This document shows, piece after piece, positions 32,253-45,210 of a stretch of DNA of 64,000 nucleotides; position 1 is the stretch's first letter; each line of letters opens with the position of its first letter. The stretch is taken from assembly GCF_024521635.1 (NCBI RefSeq), contig NW_026250410.1, positions 124,001-188,000 on the forward strand, given 5' to 3'. Origin of the DNA: Tricharina praecox (Eukaryota). The position numbers and the translations under genes are program-made. A model generated the notes under the pieces. The model worked only from the letters and a program-made list of their open reading frames with translations, was not told the DNA's origin and ran no database searches.

Positions 32253-35200
32253 TCACCCCAACGCCGCAGGCCCCAACTCCCCATTCAGCCCAAAGAAATT
32301 AAACCTGCGAGAAGGACCACCATCGTTAGCATGCGTGTTGTTGTTTTCGTCCCCTCCCGTCGCGGCGTTCAAGAAAACAAACCAGTCCTCGACGTTTAGC
32401 GTGGTCGGCACGATGCCGCCCTTGCTGCTATTGCTCCATGTGTCGTCTGGTGAGCTGCCTGCGGCCATTCCGTTGCCGCCGCCCATGTCCTGGCCCTGCA
32501 TGCTGTCGTACCCGCCTGTGTTCCATTGCTTGCCGTCGTGGTGCATCATTCCTGGCTGCATTATTTGTGAGCCGTCGCCCATGCCCATTCCGCCTACACC
32601 CTGCTGCAGTTGCGGATCCAGCGTGTTGGGGCCTGGTGGCGGCGGCGAGAAATACGACAAGCCCGAATCGTCCGGGAAGAGCTGGTTGGGCTGAAAGTTC
32701 TCCCAGAGGCTCTGTGAGATGTGTGTGTCGGGTGCCGTGACGAGGAAGATCTCGGGTGGAGTAGCGGGGACGGAGAGGGATGGGTTGAAGGGTGTTGGAG
32801 GCCTGGTAGCGCCGCGCGAGTGCATCCCGCTCATGAAGCTGTCTCGCATATGTTGACCGGGTGTTGTTGGACCGGGGGCCACCATCGGAGGTCCGTCATT
32901 CCCGGGGGTGGGGGCAGGAGTTTGGGGACGAGAGCGCTCGTAAGATACGTTGGGAACGGGGCCGGTGGACATCGGTCCCAGATCCATCTGGTCGAATTTA
33001 CGTTTGGGTGGTTCTTGTGCCTGCACGGGATCCACATTGCCGTTCATGCCAGCGGCGTGGTTGTGCCGGCGGTTTTGGTGGCGTCGGGTGGTCGACTTGT
33101 GGAGACGGTCCTCGAGCGCTTTGTTGCCCAGGATCGACTCAAACAGCGTGTAGACCATCTTGGCCACAATCCATACCCGCGATACGGCTTGCAATGCGTC
33201 CATGCACTTGCGCATCCTTTCTCGCGTTTCCAGCGCCACTTGAGGATTAGTCGAGCGCATCTGGTAGACATGCATGATGAGTGCAGAGAATAAACTGTAG
33301 ACACTGTATTCCCCATCTGTTAGTGGCTGAGCGGGAGAGAGGAGAACTATACACAGGCTTACATGAAGGCGGGACAGTATTTCAACTGGTCATGCTCCAC
33401 CAGGTTGTCAACGATGGATGTGATGCCGTGAGCAGCACGGAAAGCGATATTGCGTGACGGGTAATGATCCTCATTAATCGAAGGGTCCTGCTGACCTTGG
33501 CTCGTAGATATCGCCGGCGGCATGTGCGCGCGGTGAAGTAGACATAGAGTTGTACTAAATTCCATGGTCAGCATCACTCTCTACCTAGCTCCATTTTCCC
33601 AGGGCTACCCACTAGTACGTGGAATTCAGCAACGCCGCCCAAAAGTTCTGTCTCGACTTGTCCTCGACATGGTAACGCATCTCGGACGGAACGTGCACCA
33701 TCCAATCCGCAAGTGCGAGATCACTCTGCATCAGATCGATCTGGTTGTTTCTCCTCGCCTTCGAAGCAACCGAGTATTGCTGCGCCAGCACCAATCCCAT
33801 AATCTCGCAGAGCTTGACGTGATGGAGGAAGAACTGCACGTGCAGGGGATCCGGGGGATATTCGGCAGGAAATCCAGGCTCGTCGTCCAGGAAATCTTCT
33901 TCCGTCACCATTTCAACGTCCGAATCGTCGGTATTGATGTGCACCGGTCTTCCCAAAGCTACGGCCACAGACCGATCACGTGTGAAGAGTGTCCACCAAA
34001 TTCGTTTCCACAGCCGCTTATCGGCCTGACTTAATTGCGAGTGCTCCACACTGTATCAATCCGTCAGCCTTCGGCCCCACAATCGCAGATGGGATGCAAT
34101 ATGGCGAACCTCCTGTGCATGCCGGATCCCTGCGCCACTATTGTTGCTACCCGACTCCAATAGAAAACGTTCTTGGTAACATCTGGGGTAGCTGTCAGCT
34201 GGAGGCGCCTTGCATCTGGGCCGTGGGGAGTGGTATCCCACCTTCTGGCCCTTCCCAGTACCAGCCCATCAGCACTAAGCTCTGCACGATTGTGACCCTG
34301 TCATCCTCATAGTTGGCGTCATACAATGCCTTCGCCCGCTTGTAAAACGTCATTGCTGCGGGAGTCGTCGAGCCGCTCGGGTCCTTTAACTGGGGGTTAT
34401 CGCACACTCGGGATCCAGCCAGCAAAACGCTCTGCAGTAGCAGTAGCGATGGTGGATTCTTAGGGTCCCGATACCGACGCATAAACCTGCTCCGATTGAT
34501 TACCGGGACGATCGGGGCCACCCACTTGAAGTATGCCGCAACGAGCTCGTCGCAGAGTGCTCGTGGTGGCAGCAAGAAGGCGCCTCGCTGGTGTAGAATA
34601 TCGATTTCGATCGTGTCGAGTTCTGTCAACCGTGCTCTCGTCCCGCGAATGTTCTCGGGCAGCGGATAATGGACAACGTCGGTCGATCCATGCTTGTCCT
34701 GCACGAGCAAACTCAGATTCGACGATTCGCCTGTGTGAACCCCCCTCATCAGCACCACCGCCATATGGCCAAACCCGGGGATCTCGATGCTAACCTAAAT
34801 ATGCCACTCTTCCAGCCTCCTTAATGGGTGCTCGCGCGAACTTGGGTCTCATGAACTGCGTATAGGTTCCGGAATCAGTTGCGACTTGGGCGAATTTGGC
34901 GTCGGGGTAGGTCACCGGAGGCGTGCCGTCGAGATGCGGCGCAACGATTGTTTGTGGGGTGCGATTGAAATTCATGGGATTACCATCCACCGGCGAAGGT
35001 GAAGGGCCGACTGTGGAGCCGCGCCTGCCATAACCACTGCGCCCAACAGTCAGCTACACTCCCCTTCCTCTGATGGACCCATCCCAGACCAACATACTCC
35101 GTCTCGTCTTTCTTTCCGCCGGCAAGCTTTTTTCGTTTCGGCGTGGGGATTTTGCAGTCGATCGAGAAGGCGACACAGTTCGTACAAGGTACGCCGAGGC

Positions 35201-35703
35201 TAGCAGCATCGCAACGAACCTAGAATTTCACTTTTCGTGAGCATGGGCCGCAAGGCATGCCTTGGGGAGCGCGCTGAAAGTACCTTTCTCGCGTGGCATG
35301 TCTGAAACCCAGATAAGAGCAATCGTTAGCGCATGTCTCAAGCGACCGAGGTCCGCAATGCCTCGACAACCATCATCGCGAAACCAGCCATGCGGAGGTA
35401 GGTCGAGTAGCGAGTTGGACGGATGGATACTCACTTCGCAAGCTCGCGCGGCACGTTGTCTATTACGCGCAAAGACATCAGCATCGACACCATCCGCGCT
35501 CATGCGCTCTCCGGCGAAGCGGTCGGGGGAGACGGAGCAGCCTACCTCCGAAAACTCTGGCCTCCACCATTGCTCCCGGTGCCGTCGTCGGCACCGCCGC
35601 CGCCGCCAATGCTATCCCGCCGCGCACAATCTCCGCCGTTGTTCGAGTTCGACACGTTGGAAGCGGTGCTAGCCGTGCTCTCTGCGCGATGTTCCGGCGA
35701 CAT
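32253..35703 (-). CDS. farA: Zn(II)2Cys6 transcription factor FarA / cutinase transcription factor 1-alpha
   Basis: Spliced micro-exons (35435-35459, 35284-35301) give SFRRQRAARACETCHARKVRCDAASLGVPCTNCVAFSIDCKIPTPKRKK. Fungal TF middle homology region (KRLWKRIWWTLFTRDRSVAVALGRP). C-terminal LNVEDW-FNFFG. Multiple introns; not all internal boundaries verified. Confidence 0.92.
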
Positions 35704-38700
35704 GTTGTCGTTCTCTTACGTCCACTGACAGGCTCCCGCGCGAACTTATGACGTCGTCGGATACGCGACGGTGTCGTGAAGCAATATTTATTTTTTTCGG
35801 CCGACGCCGTCCTACCTTAAATGATGACAACTTTCTTCCTTTCTTTTCCCCGCGCTGTATGTTTAGGTGTATGTGTATGTGTAGGTTTATTCTCTGTTCG
35901 TAGATGCGATCGTCTCTCTCGGAGGTGGTTATCGGTGGCAATAGTCAAAAGTGTAATAGCAATAGGCCCGTCAGCTCAAAGTTTGGAAGCGAGAAATCAG
36001 CGTTGATGGCGGCGGGTAGACGGTAAGGTAAATCGAGGAACGGAGCTCGGAAGCGTGGGGAGGGGAACTGGATGGGATGAGTTGTGGGGGGTGGATGATG
36101 GTGAGTATGTGTGGTTGTGGTGGTGGTAGCGAGTGGTGGTGTGAGATGGATGGATGGCTGGAATGGGGTTTGGGTTTGGATGATCAGTAGTGCGTCGGAA
36201 CCGGAGAAGATGACTTGCAACGACGACGGGGTTGCGATGCGGATGTGCGATGGTGATAAGGTTTAGTTCAGGCCAGAGAGCATCGAGATTCGACTGCGGA
36301 GTACATAAGCCGGAAAGGAAGGCAGGAGGGGAGGGATGTGGGGAATTCGAGGGCGACGGTTAGTTAGTTGGTTGGTTAGACTGGGCTGGGGGGGAGGGGG
36401 GGCAGTCTACATGTACCAAGTGAGTATGAAGGCAGGACGAAGGACGATGACGGGCGGGGGAGAGTGTGGAGGAGGAGGGTGGAGGGGAAAGTGATTCTGC
36501 CGTGTGACTCGAAACGGTGGAGGGAAGGTGGAGAACCGAAGAAGATTGGAAGAAAGAGTTGGACTTCAGTGGTGGCAGGCCAACACGTCGATATTCGTCA
36601 GGACAACCGTCATGAAGCCTAGCCCAGGGGATGATGGGAACTATCGAGTAAAGGTCCCTGGATTAATCTACGACCAGGCCACCACCACAACCTCCTCTTG
36701 CTCCCCATTCTTCTCTGTAGCACCGGTAAGTCTTTCTTGTCTTCGTCTTCGTCTTCCGCTGACCTTCTCTGTGATAAGTTGACTCTCACGAAACAAACCA
36801 GACCGCATGGTGCCCACGCCCCCCGACTGATGTTGTTGATGAGCGGAGTGCCGGCGGCGATATCGGGGGAGCGAGAGCTCTTCGCGGCAAGTGCTTAGCC
36901 GCTCATCCGCAGCAAGAAAGTCGAGGCGGTGAAGTCGGAGATGCGAGCGAGCGATGGCCGACTAAGACACACCAGAATGGCAAGACAGAGCGGCACGGAA
37001 CGACAGCAGCTCCCGCTCGGTTCCACTGATTACATACAACTCAACTCGATTCGATTCCACAGCATATCGGTACCTATCTCTCGAGTCTCGCCGTCTTGCG
37101 AAACCCTACGCGAACAAACTCGGTCACGCAATACCAGGTAAGTAACCGAACACGCCGCGCAAAAGCGTGAAGAGACGTCGAGAGTCGAGACTCAAGACCG
37201 GCGATACGATGTATGATTGGATTTCAAAGAGTGCTCCGAACATCCGACCCGTCGCGGCAGACAGCCAGGAAAGAAGTATATGAGATCACCGCCCTCATCT
37301 CACATCTCGCTTCTATCTGGAGCTTGAATCCCTCCCCTTTATACCGGTGCTCATCTGGCTCTCGTCAGAAAATCCAGGGTCGGATATTTGAAAGCACCCC
37401 TTACGGCCAGTCTGCCCAGTGCCCAGTGCCCACTTCCCTCCCTCCACCACCACCACCACCACCACCACCAGGGTCCGCACGAACGTTGAGCCTGAAAATC
37501 ATATCAGCCCCATCTATGGAATTCGGTAACCCCGATGGTGAAGGTGATCAGACAGCCTACCTAGACGAAACGCGGGGTAACTATCCGCTGCTTCTCGAAG
37601 TCCTCCCAACCCTCTGGTTTTGTTCGATTTTTTCCGACGACCGTGTGGCAGGCCCCGTCCACGAGCAAGGCTTTGGTACACACACATAACGGGCCCGTCC
37701 CGTCCAAGTATCCAAGTACTTACTTCATGCTTCATACTTGCTTTACTTGCATGTGTATCTGATAGCTTGCTTAGGCACATACTGATCACTCTACTGACTG
37801 CTCTAGTGCTGGCAGATGGCTGCACCTTCGGTGGGCGCAGCACGTAAGTAAGTAAGACGCCAGCCTGCCAAAAAGCACATGCGAATGCTCGAAATCAACC
37901 ATTCCAATTCCTCCCAAGCTGCAGAAACTTGATAGTTCTCCAACAGTCACAAGTCAGAGATCCCACGAAGTCTCTGCAGACCCCAAGCCCAAGCCCAAGC
38001 CCAAGCCCACGCCTTCACCGGTGCGCGCCCCGCAAGAACAACCGTCGCACAATTACCTCGTCGCGTGGTCAAACATCGTATGTAAGTATTGTATTGTACA
38101 TACATGGCACGCGGGCCACATACACAGGTAGGTAGGTAGGCAGGCAAGCAGCATCACCACAATTCCCGCTCATCCTCCGGATCTTCCCGGTCCTCTTTCT
38201 CCCCCAGTGCCCCCACCCCTCCACCCCCCAGAAAATCTGCGGATCCGGGGGAGTCCCCTTTCGCTTTCTTTTGCCTCAGCTCCGCTCAGGGGCAAGAGAC
38301 TGATGATTCGTTGCGTTGCGTTGGATGACGCGCGAGAAAAAACGCTAGCATTTGTACCGAGGCTCAGAAAGCTTGGTGGAGGTTTCCGGGGTAGCGCCAA
38401 ACATGTGCTGGTCCCTTGCAGGTCATGATATGTATGATGTACGAGAAGGTACTTACCGTGCTTGGCACCCGTTGGGAAAACTGATGGCCCCGTTGGAACT
38501 GGAACTGGAGACGGGGAGATTGCTGGATTCCTGCTGGAAAATATCGCGATATTCATGGTAAAGCCCGTGGTTTCCCGTCTGGTACTCGCATTACTCGTAT
38601 TGTACATACCCTCACAGCGCAAAATATAGAGTAGCTGAGCGCAGTTCAAAAGTTCCCAGAGCCCACACTCCGTCGTCCGGAATCCGGATACCACTGTACA

Positions 38701-41700
38701 CCGCCCTCAATAATCGGTGTATATTCGGCGCATTCTCCATTCTTTGTTCCTGCATCTCTTCTTCCTGGCTGGCCGGGAGTCGAGTGCAGTAGGTAGTTGT
38801 TCTGCGCAGCAGTACCGGTTTCAGACCACCGTCGAATTCCGAGGCCGAGGCCGAAACTCCGAAACGGAAAATATTTGTCACTCGGAGTTTAGGCCCAGTG
38901 CCGCAGAGAGTGCAGCTGGAATCCCGGAATCAAAAGTTCAAAACACAACAGCTGCACGGAAAGATTCAAGATATGTGGGTACATGTATAGGTATGGTGCA
39001 TTTGGGTTTTGATTTTGGGCATGTATGGACGGAAAGGAAAGGAGTAGAGTGGGATACGCACTCCCACTCCACTCCAGTCGCATAATTTCAAATTCCCTTG
39101 GTGGATACTTCGTACCGATGGGTGCACTGGGTGGAAGTGGGAGGATATTACATAGCAGCAGCAGCAGCGGCGGATCGATATGATCACCCACCACCACCAC
39201 TACCACCACTACATACCATCAACAAAAACCCGCCGAAACAATGCGTGAGATGGCAATAACTCTGCATCAAACAATCCTCATCTCCAATCTCACCTCTGAC
39301 CTCCCACCTCTCACCTATAACCTCTCACCTTTCATCCTTTCATCTCCATGTCAGCCTGCACATTGAATGCATGCAAGACGGCGTGGTGATCTCCGTATCA
39401 TGTATGTATGTATAAGTAGGTGTGCATAGATATCCCCACCCACCCTTTCGTTTCCTTTCCTTTCCATGGTCGTACATACATCATATTTATGTAGGTTTTC
39501 ATGGTCCGCAAGCTTGGGTGGTGGTGGTGCCGGGGGGACTCGCTAATGCGCTCGCTATATATCAACGGCGGCTTGAGCGGGGAATGGGTTGGGGGAATGG
39601 GTTGGGGGAATGGAAGGGGGTGCGGAAGATTACGTAGGCTTGCTATGTATGCTTCTCGCCACTGTGCCGTGACTGTAAGTCTGCAATATGCAATATCATG
39701 GAATGGAAAGATCCGGGCTGGAGATGCGATGCGATGCGTGACTTATGTACATAGCTGCCTTGCTTCTTCGTCGGAACCGGAACCGGACTCGGAGCCGGGC
39801 CGGGCCAGCTGCCAGGTAAACGCTACAAGTGTTTACGAGTACTCTGCGGCCTATGGGCGCTGTACTGTACAGTGTAGGCTGCCGCTGTCATAGTCGTGGG
39901 TACATAATCACAAGGAAGGAAGGAAGTTAACCGTTGCGCTCATACGATCACATATATGTAGAGTACCTAGATCCAGGACTCGCCTCGCCTCGCCTCGAGT
40001 CCCATCCGAGCGGCGAGCGCACAGTGGAGTAAAACAGAGTAGAGTGCGGTGATGTCCGAAATACCGGTAACAGGATATGTATGACCAGTGGCCACGAGCA
40101 ATGTACCTACCTCAGACCTGATCGCGGGGTCAGGACGCCTTCTACCGGGTTGCTGGAGTCTTGGAGTCTTGGAGTCTTGGAGATACTTCCAGCTTCACGG
40201 TGGCGAGATTGGTAAACGTTGTGACTCGTGAGATTCCGGCCAGTTCCGTAATCGTCCGGACAGCGGCCGAGTGCGAGTGGAGTGCGAGTGCTCCCGTATG
40301 CACCCACGGCGAACCGCACTCCTACCTAGTAGATACTGGTAGATGGACGAATGGAGGTCGGCGCTGGTCTCCAGTTCGGTTCGGGTTGGTAACTGGTTCT
40401 ATCTCGCCACATTGCCATAGTGTATCCGACCTATGCACTTCCGTAGACTCGGAGTTGGACAGGGGGACAGGAGGACAAGAGGGAGGCTGGCTGGTAGCTA
40501 CTGTTGAGAAATCGGGAATGTCCCAGTTTAAATCATAGCCGATCGTTCACGCCAGGTGCGTTCTTGACGGAATAAAAACCAAAACCAAAACCAAAAAAGC
40601 AAGCTACTTGCAAACCACTTGCAAACTATAGTAGAAATCGGAGGCACACGTCCAACGAGGTCTTGAAAAGAAGAGAAGTGAAGAGAAGTGAAGTCAAGTG
40701 AAGTCACGAGATCCTCTCGGCGGCGAGGCCTACCAAGTACTCAGTTGGAAGATGAAACTAAGTAAGAAAATCATAAGAAAAAAGAAGGAAATGGCCTAGG
40801 TAAATTACTGTATGTTAAGCGGTATGTACAGCTCAGCTCTATAGTAGTTGCCACTGTTCTCTAAAGCTGATCAATTCTACCACACTTTCTTTCCTTTTTG
40901 TTTTCATTTCTTTCCTGTTGAAATTTAGAGAAGAACTTGACTTGATTGATGTATTGGTACGAGAAAGAAGAGAAAGAGGGCTGCTTATAAAGGGAAACGA
41001 GCTTGTGTGGACGACGAGAAGGCCGGGCCTCAGACAGAGTATGCGACGATAGTCGTCGCCGGACTGGGCTGGGGGCTTGAAGGCTTTCAACTGACGAGGC
41101 TGATTATGATGAGACGCCACAGATAAAGCCACGAAGGAAATGAGGGCAGTATGCAAAGGAAAGTGGAAAGTAGCAGTGACACCGGAAACAGGTAACAAGA
41201 CGCATAATATCAACATTTCCTCCTTCAGGACTGCCGAGTGATTATTAGTGATAACAATAGATAATATAGCACTAGGCAACGCCGCCATTCGTGAAAAAAC
41301 CTGAGTAATCTGGAGATATATACCGGCATACTACTGAGGAGTAAAGTAGTCGACCTGACTTATGTGGGTTCTACCGGAGGGATGGGCAAGGGGTGGGTAA
41401 TCGGCGCTGTTGTATGATACGCATGGAACTTCATGAGAGGGTACGACCTTCAACCCACAAGGACTAGTCGAGCAGCAGGTTGGACGACTGGCACTATAAA
41501 GGCAACGGGAATCTGGCCTGGTTGGCCTAGAAATCTCCAGCCAATGTAGGTACATAACGTGCCAGCCACTCAATAGGTAGCGTCCCGTCCCCGCAAGGCC
41601 GATTAATTCTTCACGATCCCGGGCCGTGATGCTCGCATTGAATGAGTGAGCCCCACGTACCTTACCATAGTTGTGAGCTGTATAGAGTAGATTAAACCCT

Positions 41701-42022
41701 CGCTCTGACTGCCACGACTCACGAGCACCAAAACTCGGCCATGAAAGCGCAGCCGAGAAGGTGGGAATTCTCCTCTACTACACAAGTAAACACAGCATCC
41801 TCGATGACTTGATTCGGCGGGCATCTATGGGCGTTCTGGTTTCTGCTGTATGGTGGCTGGAGGGTAATTCCAACTGAAATACATCGTGCTTCAGGATCTC
41901 TCGCTGTGCTCGAGTAACCAGGAATTCAGATTTGCCCCGAGTTTTGACGAGCATCACTCGAGGACACTCACTCCCATCCCTACATGGCAGGATCCGGACG
42001 GGCAGAGAGGAAAATATCCTCG

Positions 42023-42306
42023 CAAGTGTTCTCCATAGTCCGATCCGGACGAGACGGACTGCCAAGTCCCAGTCCCGTCCGTGCCTCTTGGTTGGAGGAC
42101 GGGACAAAAGTCGTCCGTCCCGTCCCGTCCGCCAATCTGCTGGACGGGGTTGGACTGCAGTCGACTGCAGTCCGTCCTGTCCGTCCTGACTGGTAGACTA
42201 GTCCGTCTGAACACTACCTCCAGACGGACTGCCAGGATACAGCCCAGTCCAGTCCGGGGCTCAGGACGGACGGACGGACTGACGGACTGGACTATGTAGA
42301 ACACTG
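42023..42306. mobile_element. hAT-type MITE with degenerate 8-bp TSD
   Basis: TIRs CAAGTGTTCTCCATAGTCC and reverse-complement CAGTGTTCTACATAGTCC. Flanks TATCCTCG and AAGCCTCG. Empty site present in the paralogous segment at ~31361-31380. Interior rich in GTCC/GGAC motifs. Confidence 0.8.
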
Positions 42307-42518
42307 AAGCCTCGGTCATTAGTTTGCACTCGCTGCTTGGAGAATTACTATGGGAATCCATAAATCAATGGGGCTGAAGAGAAGAAGCTCAGTATAGAGC
42401 ACTAGCAATGCCACTCAGAGACAGGTCACATCACACGCGCACACGCACACAGAAGACAGCACCCTCTCCCAACCAAGACCGTTTTATTCCTCGTCACATC
42501 ATCTGCACCCAAAGCCCT

Positions 42519-43121
42519 CTACAAGAGTCTAAAGTGCACCAACAGAGTAAAGAAGCCCACAGCCGCCAGGCCATGGAGCGCAAAGTACGCCACAAGCGTG
42601 ACTCCTCCGCAGACCTTGTTCCTGAAGTCCTTCTGGGCTTGCACGCTTCTCTCGCGCACGCTTCCCTCGCCGGCGCTCACTTTCTTAACTCTATCAGCAG
42701 CCCTCTCCGCAGCAAGCGCCTTCTCCAGCTGCTCCCTTGCCTGCATCACAGCGGCGGGAGTGTAAGCGGCGACATCTTCGCCAAGGAAGCGGTCGAAGAC
42801 CTGCTGCTCGTACTTGTAGAGGCGCTGGCGGCGGAGACGAACGTGGCGCTCGAGAAGTGCCTTGCCGGTAGGCAATGACTCCACCAGCTCCGTTACCTCG
42901 CGGTCGAGAGCCCGCTTCTTCTGGATCAGGTGGTGGAAGTCTTGCACTAGCTGGATTGAGCGCTGCTCCAGCTCTGCTACAGCCGCTGGGGTCGCCGGCT
43001 TGTCAGTGGTCTGGGTTGCGACGGCGGGCGGATCGACAGCCTGCGTATCCGAGTTGGAAGGCGGGTTGGGCGGGTTGAACTGCTTGGAGGTGTCGGACAT
43101 CCTGGAAGCGGTGTCGGACAT
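42519..43121 (-). CDS. Orphan coiled-coil protein with C-terminal hydrophobic segment (200 aa), paralog 2
   Basis: accatcaagATGtcc start. NPPNPP motif. Lies in the inverted duplicate of 29588-31630. Confidence 0.7.
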   Translation of the reverse strand: MSDTASRMSDTSKQFNPPNPPSNSDTQAVDPPAVATQTTDKPATPAAVAELEQRSIQLVQDFHHLIQKKRALDREVTELVESLPTGKALLERHVRLRRQRLYKYEQQVFDRFLGEDVAAYTPAAVMQAREQLEKALAAERAADRVKKVSAGEGSVRERSVQAQKDFRNKVCGGVTLVAYFALHGLAAVGFFTLLVHFRLL

Positions 43122-43661
43122 CTTGATGGTGGTGCGACCGGTGGCTGGAGACTCGTGTGTTAGGATGTCGTTTCGTTTCGTTTCGGTAGTGTTGAATGAT
43201 TGGCTGGCAGGATGGTAGAGGAGTAGAACCAAAAGCTGGTTAAAATCTCAGTCGACCTCAGCTTTTGAAGGGTTCGTTCTTGAAATGCGCTAGCGGGGCG
43301 AGTGATCACGAATGATTCCACTCACCCTCTCGCAAAGATTCTAAATCTTGATGGTAACCGCATGCTCCCATCTCGACATGCAGTAAACTCTCCCAGTCAA
43401 TGGCGACAAGTTCCCTGGAGGTATAGTATCCTGACAAGAGTTTAGAGCATGTAGCTTTCACACTGCCGGCAGTGCCAGTTGCGAAGGAATCTTCGAAGCA
43501 ATTCTCATGAGATTTGAGTGCTTCATCAAACCTCAATCCCCTTCCACGAGTAATTTCCAGTGTGTTTGAAACAGTTATCGGTGAAGAAAGTAAGAAATGT
43601 TATGATGTAAGAGATAGAGAGCTACATACTTCTTACTTGGTATGAAAGTAAAGTACACATA

Positions 43662-44091
43662 TATGGTGCCTGCGGCCTAGAAGGGCACAGTGTTTTTTTT
43701 AGCTCTCCACGCGGAAAGTTTACATGACTTTACATGGAAACAGTCGGCCCCACCAAAAAGATCAAAAAAGATCACCTAACAACTCTCGAACCTACAACTT
43801 CACTACTCGGCGATGACTAGTATACCACACCCGTTCCTTTCCACTCGCCACTCGTGAGAGTGTGGTGCGCCGCAGCCTGATTTCCCTACAAAACCCAGTG
43901 TTTCCTCTTGTCAAAGATCTCTACACCCACATCACATTGGTCTAGGAATCCAAATCCATACATAGGAAGGCACATAGCCTGTGACTTTCCCCCACCATGG
44001 GTTTCACATCTGCTGCTGGCTGCTGCCGGCTGCTAGCTGGCTTGAAAATAGAACCGCAAAAAGATGGGCCTCCAAAAGCGCAGGCACCATA
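43662..44091. mobile_element. MITE D, copy 2 (inverted relative to copy 1)
   Basis: TATGGTGCCTGCG ... CGCAGGCACCATA termini. Interior aligns to the reverse complement of 29588-30196. Confidence 0.8.
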
Positions 44092-44095
44092 CAGT

Positions 44096-44098
<3 letters not shown>

Positions 44099-44126
<28 letters not shown>
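44099..44126 (+). repeat. poly(A) tract
   Basis: About 28 consecutive A, a few bases after the MITE end. Confidence 0.9.
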
Positions 44127-44607
44127 GTGGGGGCGCGATTGATTAATTGATACGGGAAGGATACAGCGGTCGTTTGAATACCGAAGAACTACTGCTAGTA
44201 TGATGTGGAGTACTCACAACCTCCGCTCTTATTTCGTCATCTTCCGGTGAGTGATATTTCATGCGGCAGTACTTTTTACTTCAAAAGTTTAGACAAGTGA
44301 AAACACTACTTCATCTAGTTGCACTTGAAGAATTCATGACGCCATGCAATGATGTTTGTAAATAAATTTACTAGTAAATCAACTATATGCAGCAAAAGAA
44401 ACGCACAAAACACAGATCCATGTATCAATCAATCAATCATCAAGCCCAGATCCAGCCGTGGGTATATCCACCTAGGTATCCACCCCACCTCACCCCATCA
44501 ACGTTCAGGTGTCCAGTAAAATACAATCCCACGCAAACATCGCTCGCAAACATCAACATCAAGCGCCCAGTCCTCGTCTAGTCCGAAAATCCAAACTCCA
44601 CTCCCTC

Positions 44608-45179
44608 CTAAAACTCAACCGCAAACCCATTCTCGACCAACAGCCTACCCACGCTTCCCCTGAGACCCTCCCTCCTTTTCGTCAGCCTCTCCAGACGGTG
44701 CATCTTATCCTCAGCGACGACCTTAACCGTATCTACACGAGCAGCAACGACCCTCCTCCTCTTCCTGCCAGCCTCTCGAATCTTCTCCTCGAGCTCTCGC
44801 TTGCGGGCGACAATGATGTCGCCTGCGGCTTCGTAGGCGGCGTCCGGGAGCGCGGCGAACATACTGCCGACCTTGTCGGCGTCGCGGCCTGGGTACGCGA
44901 ATGCGAGCAGCGTTTTGAGCTCGTTCTCGAGGTCTTGCGGCGGCGAGGAGCGGCTGGCGGCGTGGGTGGCTTGGAGGTGCGAGAGGAGCGCGGAGAAGCT
45001 GGGGATTGGGCGCAGCTCGGCGTCGGTGAGGAAGGGCTGCGGGCTGGCGGGCTCCGGTGGGCGAGGTGTGGAGTCTGGTGAGCGGTGGGCGGGGGCGAGG
45101 CGCACGGTGCGGTCGGGGTCCGGGCCCGCGGGCTGGACTAGTCGGTGTTGCTGCACCTGCGGTTGCGGCTGCGCAAGGG

Positions 45180-45210
<31 letters not shown>

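Noticed and set aside
44099..44126. poly(A) as the tail of a retroposed element
   Set aside because: The upstream sequence is a TIR-bounded MITE, there is no TSD, and homopolymer runs are common in this window.
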